DNA of 64,000 bases from Ylistrum balloti (taxonomy: Eukaryota). The first letter of the stretch is position 1. Each line of letters opens with the position of its first letter. This document shows positions 26,301 to 38,300 of this stretch, in pieces. The notes under the pieces are model-generated. The model saw only the letters and a list, made by a program, of their open reading frames with translations. It had not been told where the DNA came from and searched no databases. Position numbers and translations under genes: made by a program. The stretch covers positions 930,001-994,000 of the forward strand of contig NW_026782015.1 in assembly GCF_031769215.1 (NCBI RefSeq). Direction: 5' to 3'.

Positions 26301-29300
26301 TACACCCAGCCTCCATCCAACAATATACACATCTCACCACTACACCCAGCCTCCATCCAACAATATACACATCTCACCACTACACCCAGCCTCCATCCAA
26401 CTATATACACATCTCACCACTACACCCAGCCTCCACCCACCATCACATATACATGTGATATTCTAAGGATGGCCTAGATTTGTTGTACAGCCATATCACT
26501 GTTTCCGTTCCTGACACTTAAACTGCATGTACCACCTACTCTTAAGCATGAAGGTTTGGTCACCAGTTACCAAAGTCATCAGGGTTTAGCTAAGAATTTC
26601 TGTGGTTGTCTCAATAAACTGAGCTACCATGACTAGGGAGGGAAATTACAAAACTTTGCTCTTAATGCCTTTTGAGTTCTCTTTTGAAAATATTGTAATG
26701 ATCATTTCCTAGTATGTGTTTTAATCTTGAACACCTATGGTATAACCGGTGCTCATCTTTTATACAACAAATGTGTTTCAGAGTAACAGCATCATGGAGT
26801 CGTCAGAGCAGACAGAACTGGTGATTCCACGTCAATTCCTGTGCTGTAAATTGTGTGATGATGACCTTAAGAAACCAAAGTATTTACCATGTCTACACAC
26901 CTTCTGTCTAAAGTGTATGGAGGAACACATCCTGTCTAACACTGACAGTGATGGTTACTTCCCTTGTCCGACCTGTGCCACAGAAACAACCCTGTCCTCT
27001 GAGAGTGTTGACAATTTACCGAGCAACATTTTAGCCATGCGTTTATTGAACCCTGTGACAGAACAGACAACATGTGATATGATCTGCAGTACGTGTAAAA
27101 ACAGCGGCAACTTCGTAGATGCCGAGTCTCACTGTGTAACATGCGACAACTTCCTGTGTAAAACATGCTCTGATTCCCATGACTCCCAGGACGAGACCTC
27201 AGCACATAAAACACAATCAATGGATGATTACAACAGGAGAACCCCATCCAATCCTAAACAGGGGGAGATAATTCCAACATGTTGTAGTAACTACGACCCC
27301 ATTGATATTGGGGCCCTGTTCTGTGTTGACTGCGACATGTCAGTCTGTGCTGACTGTCACATAGCCAATCATGGTGATCATCGATGTACAGAACTTATGG
27401 CAGTAGCTAACAACTTTGAACAGAAAATTCAGGAGCCTCTGTCTGAACTTGATAATGATCATGACATTTTGATGGAGACTCTTAGAAATTTGGACAAAAA
27501 GCAGATGACTGCAGAGAAAATGCAAAAGAGTCTGACTGACAATGTTAAGAGGAGAACTCAAGTTCTTTGTGGTTTGATACAGAACTATGAACGTTTGCTG
27601 CTTGAAGAGATCGGGAAACGGCATCATCAGCAGTTGCAGGAAATAAAAAACCAGAAATATGATATGAAAACCCATCTTTCTGCCATCAAAGGTGTGAAGG
27701 ACTTCACTGAAACTCTGAGAAATTATGGAACATATGAAGAAAAAGTTTACATGAGGAAAAAGGTTGGATTTCGTATCCGTGAACTTTGTGAAGAACCATT
27801 ACTACCAGAGACTAAGGAAATTCTGGATTTAAAGCTAACAGAGCCCCATGTTACCGTAGAGACAATCTGTGATATGTTTGGGGAGCTGAAGGAGGTTGGT
27901 GCCCCAGAAACAAAAACACCAGGTTTAGAAGACTCTTTGTCTGCAAGTTACAACTTATCTCATGCTCTGGACTCTGGCCATGGAAGTGATAATGACCCAG
28001 AGCTAGTAGAGATCCTGAATTCAGCCATCGCCAATGGCATGCTGAGCCAGTCCCACAGCGGCTCAGATACAGACATGCTAGGGGCCAGCAACACTTCAGA
28101 AAACATGCGCAATGTTAAATTCAGTGAAGAGGTCACAGAATCGGAGTATGAAACTGATTTAGGATACAACCTTGAAAACCCGAAACGTGAGTTTGTCCTC
28201 CCCCCCGGGATACAGCGAGAATGTTTTAAAGGTATGGGTGTCAATAACAACGGTGACATAATTGTAGGGACAACCTGTAAGGACCACCAGAGCATCTATG
28301 TGCTGGAAAAACACGGCATTCTGCGAGGACAAGTACCTGTGGAGAATGGTTGGAATATCCATTCCGTTTCCAGTGATGGTAAGGTGGCCCTTACTGTGCC
28401 AAGAGGAGATAATCGTTTTAAAGTCCGAGTGCTCACAAATGACGGCTCTGGACATGCCTTAACAGATTCTCATGTGGAGAGCTTTGGATTAAATTTTGTG
28501 ACAGCTGACAAGAATGGTAGATTGATGATAACATCTAATCGCTACGCACAGATTCGTAAGAGTCATGGCAAATCTGCAAAGTCAGGTGGAAACGTTGCCG
28601 TGTTTGAACGAGATGGTCATCTGATGCAACGGATCACAAATGAGGATTTCCAGGAGGCAGGCATGTACCTACTGGAGAAGCCCCAGTGTATTGTGTGTGA
28701 TGACAAGCGCCGCAGGTTTTACCTAGCTGACTCGGGCAGCCATTCTGTGATCAGTTTTGAGCAAGACGGACAGCTCGTGTTTCAGTATGGAAATACTGAT
28801 ACTGAGGATGAGGTTTATCAAGGACCAGACATGGTTGCCTTCGATAAGTATGGCAATGTCATTGTCACCGACAAACGGGAAGGACGCATTGATATTCTCA
28901 GTTCAAAAGGTGATCTCAAAAAGTCGTACTTCATGGATGATATTCCTCGTTTTGTAGGCGCTACCCCAGACAAGCTTCTGATGACAGCCATGACGGATGG
29001 TAGTGTCAAGTTTTACGAGTACCTGTAACTTCTGTGGCCTAGCTTACTTCTGTGATACAAATACTGTTATTTATTTTTAGTCGAGTATTGCTGTTTGATA
29101 TAGTCATTTATATGAATAGTTCACAAAGGCATGTGTCTTAGCGTTGACATTTAAATGGCAAAATCTGTCAAAGAAAAATCTGCTTTTGAATATCATATGT
29201 CATACATTTGGGTATAACCTTTAATTGGTCAGTACAAATTATTTGAGTAAGCAGAAAATACTGACCATTTTGACTATATTACAGTCAAAATATTCTTATT

Positions 29301-32300
29301 GTCCAACTATTAATTATATCAATGTACCTTGGATATGGGTCAAGACAGGAAAAATTCATATGCTGAAAGTCGGACATAGATGAAGAGATGGAAAAATCAA
29401 AACATTAAATGTAGGACACGGGTTAAGGGATGGAAACCTTTAAAGCTTAATTAAGGACTCAGATTAAGAGACAGAAGACTTTAATGCTGAAGTTAGAATA
29501 AGGAATAAGAGAGGGAAAACTTAAAAACAGGACACAGGTTATGAGAGAGGAAAACTTTAATGTTTACTGTAGGACACATACAGAATGAAAACAAGGATTT
29601 TCTTCTATGCTTATTCAGCTTTTAATTTGGTCAGTCCAGTATAATCAATTTCATTTTCAGTTGATAGATTTGAATTACATGATTACCAGTAGTTAAAGTA
29701 TCAATCAGGTGATACATATTACAATCCCAATGTTAAAATTTATATAACTATTGATATAGTTTGGTAAGTCTTTCTGCATGCTTTCAGTCATTTTAATCTT
29801 ATCATAGCAGACTGTGTAACTTCATATTCTTTTTGTTTTTAAAGTTTCAGACAACATCTAAACAACGTGTGTAGACTTCTGTAATGATACTCTTAAGCTC
29901 ACTTTCATTTAATCATTACATATTTTATTTGAAATTTGCGATAAATATTTCCGAGTACGATTAAACACAATGGACTAGATAAGGTTTGATTATCAGATAT
30001 CTGTTTCAATTCAAATATGTGATGAAGTAGTGTTAAAAAGACCCGCGTGAGACCAAATTTTAAGTTTCCGCAGTCTGGTCACTGACCGAATCTAGAACAG
30101 AAACTTCACATGTTTCACCTAGGATACTTTGTACATTTCTTCGTCAGCAGTCTAGTTTCAAATATGTTAGACTATGTGTATCTCAACTTAATAAAAATAC
30201 AGAGATATATTAGTAACAAAATGGAAATTATTATCACTACTTAAATGATCCAGCAAATTTTAAGCGTAAAAACTTAGTAAACTGTACTCCGTACCAAACA
30301 GTTAATCTATAGTGACTCAGGAGAATTTAGAAATATTTCATTTTATTTATGTGTCATTTTTATTATTGTTTTCTAGTTGCAGAATGTTTTAGTGTTGTAT
30401 ACTGACTTTGGTTGTTATTAAATTTCCTTGTTATATTTCATCTGAAATAGTGAAGAGTTGAAAGTCTTTCAGTTGTCATTATGTGTTTCCTGATTTTTTT
30501 AATCAACATCTGTAGTGATCTATCAACACATACAGCAGTCAGACAGATCAATGAACAGGGACAAATTAATAATTAATGTTGATCAATTAGCATAGATATT
30601 AATGAATCAGCACCCAATATTTGTGCTGACAGTAATGAATTAATTCTGATGATAATTTAAATTGAAATGGACAAAATAAATTTCATTCATTTTGAATATA
30701 TTTATAATCAATGTACCAAAACACACTACACAAATGAAATTTGATTTAGAGATAAACATTTAAGGTATTTGATGATCTATCAATTGTCTGGTATTGTTTT
30801 GTTGTTGTTAACCTTGTTCTCTTTAGCATTATTTACTTAGATTAACCAAGATTAACATGGCAAGTGTTGTCCATGAAGCAGAAGATACTAACCCTTCTGG
30901 AACACCTGGTCATGTTTTCTTTGTACTTTTTCGAGGCTATATAAATAATGTGTTTGTTCATATTTTGTTCTAAGTTTCATCAAGTTTGAATTTGAATTAT
31001 GTTTCTCTGTTGATATTTAGGTGGCTTTTTTCTAAAAAAAAAAAAAAAAATCTGTTTCCTGTGATACAAACAAGCATGAATAATGGTACAACAGATTAGA
31101 AAAGGTTCACAATAAGCAGGGAAAGAAGTCATAGTCACCACAGCTAGAGATAAATTAACACTGTCAGCTAGAGATAAATTAAAGAAGTCATAGTCACCAC
31201 AGCTAGAGATAAATTAACACTGACGGAGTTCAAAATAAGCAGGGAAAGAAGTCACAGTCACCACAGCTAGAGATAAATTAACACTGACGGAGTTCAAAAT
31301 AAGCAGGGAAAGAAGTCATAGTCACCACAGCTAGAGATAAATTAACACTGACGGAGTTCAAAATAAGCAGGGAAAGAAGTCACAGTCACCACAGCTAGAG
31401 ATAAATTAACACTGACGGATAATAAATAGTCACCAATGACGGAGTTCAAAATTCAGTCACCACAAGGACAAGGCTTAAAGTATCTTTATGAATATCGAAA
31501 TAACGACACCAAAATGCAGGTGATTAAATATATATAAGTGTATTAACAGGCAGTGACAATCAAGACTAATAGATCAATATCCCGCACCAACATAGGCACT
31601 GACTTTAATTAACATTAATCTCTAAAAGCAACCAAGTGTGAAATTAAAACTGGAGACAGTCAATTCAGGTTACTGGGTGTAGAATGATGTTACCTTAGAC
31701 TGTTTGGGAAAGTAGAGACATCTAATTTCCTTAATATTTGTTTTCAAACAGCCAAGATCATTTGAAGACAGGCACACAGAGACATGTACAGACCATGAAT
31801 ATGAAGAACCTAAGCAATGGGGTAGTAAGGCAATCCTAAATTCTTCAGTATTATAAAATACAACAAAAGACCAACGCAAATCCCTCTAACCCAATATAGT
31901 CACCATCATTCTTTACTGTGTAATGTACAGCTGGTCTAGCAACTGGAAGCAAAGTACTAATAACAAAACATCAAGAAAATACCAACATGGCAACATAATT
32001 ATAATTCAAACTCAAATTTTATAAAACTGGGGGAAAATATGAACAAAAGAAAGATAGGCATGGAGACTAGGAGAATAAGACCAGGCGTTCCAGAAGAGTA
32101 AGCATTTCCTGCTTCATCTACGATACCTGCCATGTAAACATTGGTCAATCCAAATAAGTAATGTCACATTCTCAAATGAGAACAAGGTATAGAACAATGT
32201 AACCAACAGGCAAACTCACGAGCATCAAATATAAAATACTGCTCGTCTAATAAGGAAAAAAGTAGGTAAATGCTGATTTTAGTTACAAGTAATAATATTT

Positions 32301-35300
32301 GACATTGATACTGGATGGGTTAGGAAACCAGTGGATTTTTCAGTCTGTAGCAGTATTCACTAGCAGGTACTCCTGGCCTTTCATATTGATTTATAAGTCG
32401 TATGAACAGCATAGTGGCACAGAAAACAATTCAAATTTCATCATTAGAGAGGAATCTAGAACAGTGTAGTAACCACAGCACTAAATGACCACATCAGTCA
32501 CTGGTGATACAGCTTTACACTTATCAATATTTCATTACTGTATCTGATAACATATCTAGCTTATTGGTAGGTTCCTGCCAGTCAGACTAAACTACTAGAC
32601 TTAACCCTGACAGAGTACTGGTATACTGTCCTACAGATAATGGGTAGGGTCCCTTCTGTCAGAATACCCAACACACTTAACCCTGACAGTGTACTGGTAT
32701 ACTCTCCTGTAGATAATGGGTAAGTCCCCTTCTGTCAGAATACCCAACACACTTAACCCTGACATACTCTCCTACAGATAATGGGTAGGTCCCCTTCTGT
32801 CAGAATACCCAACACACTTAACCCTGACAGAGTACTGGTATACCCTCCTACAGATAATGGGTAGGTCCCCTTCTGTCAGATTACCCCACCACACTTAACC
32901 CTGACATACTCTCCTACAGATAATGGGTAGGTCCCCTTCTGTCAGACTACCCATCCACACTTTACCCTGGCATACAATCCTACAAATAATGGGTAGGTCC
33001 CCTTCTGTCAGACTACCCAACCACACTTTACCCTGACAGAGAAATAGTATACAGTCCTACAGATAATGGGTAGGTCCCCTTCTGTCAGATTACCCCACCA
33101 CACTTAACCCTGACAGAGAAATAGTATACAGTCCTACAGATAATGGGTAGGTCCCCTTCTGTCAGATTACCCCACCACACTTAACCCTGACATATTACTG
33201 GTATATGCTCCTACAGATAATGGGTAGGTCCCCTCCTGTCAGATTACCCCACCACACTAAATCCTGTCATAGTACTGGTATACTCTCCTACAGATAATGG
33301 GTAAGTCCCCTTCTGTCAGAATACCCAACACACTTAACCCTGACAGAGTACTGGTATACCCTCCTACAGATAATGGGTAGGTCCCCTTCTGTCAGATTAC
33401 CCCACCACACTTAACCCTGACATACTCTCCTACAGATAATGGGTAGGTCCCCTTCTGTCAGACTACCCATCCACACTTTACCCTGACAGAGAAATAGTAT
33501 ACAGTCCTACAGATAATGGGTAGGTCCCCTTCTGTCAGATTACCCCACCACACTTTACCCTGGCATACAATCCTACAAATAATGGGTAGGTCCCCTTCTG
33601 TCAGATTACCCCACCACACTAAACCCTGTCATAGTACTGGTATACAGTCCTACAGATAATGGGCAGGTCCCCTTCTGTCAGACTACCCATCCACACTTTA
33701 CCCTGACAGAGAAATAGTATACAGTCCTATAGATAATGTGTAGGTCCCCTTCTGTCAGACTACCCATCCACACTTTACCCTGGCATACAATCCTACAGAT
33801 AATGGGTAGGTCCCCTCCTGTCAGACTACCCCACTACACTTAACCCTGACATATTACTGGTATATGCTCCTACAGATAATGGGTAGGATCCCTTCAGAAA
33901 ACTATACAGAATTATGAAGGACATAATTTTGACAAGAACTTTGCTTTGAAAAATATGTCTCTGGTCAATAATTTCTCACAAATAAAACTGATGATATTCC
34001 AAAAAAAAGTTGGTCCTGTTGGCTATAATCTAACACAGGTTACTATGTTACATTAACTGATCCCTCTATACAGAAAGCAAACTGAAAAATAGAAATAGTA
34101 TTTGTTTTGAAAACCATAAAATTAAGCCCCACAAAAATATATGACTTTACAGTAAACAGTTCAAATCATCCATGATAATCACAACACAATATGACTAGGG
34201 GTGACTATTGAGGCTAATAAAAATCACAATAGTGTTGCGATAGTAAAATTACTATTGTGATATTACTGAATTTATTTTTTAACCTTTTTAACCCTTTAAA
34301 TGTATCAGAATGCCCAATTTAGCAAATGCTAGAACTGAACAAAAATTATTTACAGTTTTTATACAATCAAATAGGCTGCACAGGGATATTTTTTACACTT
34401 TATTATATTATAATATGTTCATTTCATACACACACAGCTGGACTCAAGACTATTACCACATGTAAGCCTGACATATTAAAATAAATTTAGCATAATTTCT
34501 CCTTATTTCAAACTTGTTTCATGATTTAAAAGGAGATTAAATAATTAAAAAATCATATGATTATTTGCTTTTGACATCATGCTTGATGCACTTTACCACA
34601 TAATGGCATATTACTGGTATATGCTATTAACCAAATGAAAGGTAGAAATTTCCTAACGGTAGCTTAATTAAGATCAGTTTTGTGACACCACATTTTAATT
34701 TGACTGACATATTACTGGTATATGCTCCTGGGAACAATAAAATGTTGCTATCACCACACACCATGTTTTTTGATCAAATTGGGTCATTTCAAAACTATAC
34801 AGAATTATGAAGGACATAATTTTGAAAAGAACTTTGCTTTACTACAGTTTGTAATAATTAATCACAAATAATATTGGAAACAAAAGATATGGCACTTATA
34901 TGGATATAAAATCTAACAACTTACACATCATGTTACTTCCATTAACTGATCCCTCTATAAAGAAAGCAAAGTGAAAATAGAAATAATATTTGTTGTGAAA
35001 ACCATGGAAATTGAGCCCCACAAAAGTATATGACTTTACAGTAAACAGTTCAAATCATCCATGATAATCATTATACAATATGACTAGGGGTGACTATTGA
35101 GGCTAAAAAAAATCACAATAGTGTTTCAATAGTAAAATTACTATTGTGATATTATTGAAATTTTTTTTTTACCTTTCAAACCTTTTCTTACTCAGAAATA
35201 AATTTAAGTCACCAACTCTTTAAATGTATCAGAATGCCCAATTTAGCAAATGCTAGAACTGAACAAAAATTACTTACAGTTTTTATACAATCAAATAGGC

Positions 35301-38300
35301 TGCACAGGGATATTTTTTACACTTTATTATATTATAATATTGTTCATTTCATACACACACAGCTGGACTCAAGACTATTATTTTCATGTAAGCCTGAGTT
35401 TTAAAATAAATTTAGCATAATTTCTCCTTATTTCAAACTTGTTTCATGATTTAAAAGGAGATTAAATAATTAAAAAATCATATGATTATTTGCTTTTGAC
35501 ATCATGCTTGATGCACTTTATACATCAATGGCAGAAGATAGTACAGCTATTAACCAAATGAAAGTGCCTGAAATTTCTCTAACGGTAGCTTAATTAAGAT
35601 CAGTTTTGTGACACTTTGTCATTAATTTTCATTTGACAACAATGCTGTCCTACCCTTATTTCTGCCTCTTTATTGGGAACAATTTTTAAAATGTTGCTAT
35701 CTTCCACCATGTTTTTTGATCAAATTGGGTCATTTCAAGGATGGGTCTAAAACATGGACCCAGAGTTAAAGAAGTCACCACCTCCCCTACTACAGTTTGT
35801 AGATTTAATTACATCATATTGGAAACAATAATGATATGGCACTTATATAGGATATAAACTCTCACCGACGTAACAACTTACACATCTTTTCTACTTCCAT
35901 TCTAAGTAGGTGATTGTGCTGTTCTTGTTTTTAGCACTACCCTGATTGAAGCCCAAAGGCCCAGCATTACATCCCAACATATGAACAATGCTGGTGATTT
36001 AACATTATGAGTATAAATTTTACTAATCATTACATAAAGGTGAGGGAGGACAAGTCACAGAACGTCACACAATGATGACTTTGTAAGGGTTTTGTTTTTA
36101 TTACTATGGGAATGGGGCCAATAGCTTTGAATTTGGCAAAAAAGCGAATCAAATTCAAAAATTCAAACAGCATTTGAAAATGCTTCTTAAAACAAAATAA
36201 AAGCTTACCTCTTTGTGTCAAACATCAAAACTGAGACCTGTAAAATCCTAGTAACATAGATCAAACATCCTCCACTTTGGCATATCCTTCTGTCACCAAG
36301 AGGTCATTAAGGACAACATCCAAACTGGTCGAGGTGTCCACCAATACCAGCGACAGTACACGATCCTTCAAACAATAGATCAAACATCGAACACTAGAGA
36401 CAGTACACGATCCTTCAAACAATAGATCAAACATCAAACATCAAACACTAGAGACAGTACACGATCCTTCAAACAATAGATCAAACATCAAACACTAGAG
36501 ACAGTACACAATCCTTCAAACAATAGATCAAACATCAAACACTAGAGACAGTACACAATACTTCAAACAATAGATCAAACAATAGAGACAGTACACGATC
36601 CTTCAAACAATAGATCAAACATCAAACACTTGAGACAGTACACAATCCTTCAAACATCAAACACTAGAGACAGTACACATCCTTCTAAATCAAACACTAG
36701 AGACAGTACACAATCCTTCTAACAATAACAAACATCAAACACTAGAGACAGTACACAATCCTTCTAACAATAGATCAAACATCAAACACTAGAGACAGTA
36801 CACAATCCTTCTAACAATAGATCAAACATCAAACACTAGAGACAGTACACAATCCTTCTAACAATAGATCAAACATCAAACACTAGAGACAGTACACAAT
36901 CCTTCAAACAATAGATCAAACATCAAACACTAGAGACAGTACACAATACTTCAAACAATAGATCAAACAATAGAGACAGTACACGATCCTTCAAACAATA
37001 GATCAAACATCAAACACTTGAGACAGTACACGATCCTTCTAACAATAGATCAAACATCAAACATCAAACACTAGAGACAGTACACGATCCTTCTAACAAT
37101 AGATCAAACATCAAACACTAGAGACAGTACACAATCCTTCAAACAATAGATCAAACATCAAACACTTGAGACAGTACACAATCCTTCAAACAATAGATCA
37201 AACATCAAACACTTGAGACAGTACACGATCCTTCAAACAATAGATCAAACATCAAACACTAGAGACAGTACACAATCCTTCTAACAATAGATCAAACACT
37301 AGAGACAGTACACAATCCTTCAAACAATAGATCAAACATCAAACACTTGCGACAGTACACGATCCTTCAAACAATAGATCAAACATCAAACACTAGAGAC
37401 AGTACACAATCCTTCTAACAATAGATCAAACACTAGAGACAGTACACAATCCTTCTAACAATAGATCAAACACTAGAGACAGTACACAATCCTTCTAACA
37501 ATAGATCAAACACTAGAGACAGTACACAATCCTTCTAACAATAGATCAAACACTAGAGACAGTACACAATCCTTCTAACAATAGATCAAACATCAAACAC
37601 TAGAGACAGTACACAATCCTTCTAACAATAGATCAAACACTAGAGACAGTACACAATCCTTCTAACAATAGATCAAACACTAGAGACAGTACACAATCCT
37701 TCTAACAATAGATCAAACATCAAACACTAGAGACAGTACACAATCCTTCTAACAATAGATCAAACATCAAACACTAGAGAGTGTACACAATCCTTCTAAC
37801 AATAGATCAAACATCAAACACTAGAGACAGTACACAATCCTTCAAACAATAGATCAAACATCAAACACTTGAGACAGTACACGATCCTTCTAACAATAGA
37901 TCAAACATCAAACACTAGAGACAGTACACAATCCTTCTAACAATAGATCAAACATCAAACACTAGAGACAGTACACAATCCTTCTAACAATAGATCAAAC
38001 ATCAAACACTAGAGACAGTACACAATCCTTCAAACAATAGATCAAACATCAAACACTTGAGACAGTACACGATCCTTCAAACAATAGATCAAACACTAGA
38101 GACAGTACACAATCCTTCTAACAATAGATCAAACACTAGAGACAGTACACAATCCTTCAAACAATAGATCAAACATCAAACACTAGAGACAGTACACGAT
38201 CCTTCTAACAATAGATCAAACACTAGAGACAGTACACAATCCTTCTAACAATAGATCAAACATCAAACACTTGAGACAGTACACAATCCTTCTAACAATA

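Noticed and set aside
26749-26793. GTG-initiated N-terminal extension of the TRIM ORF
   Set aside because: Prokaryote-style start in a eukaryotic locus; lies upstream of a splice acceptor and the first ATG with good context is 26794.
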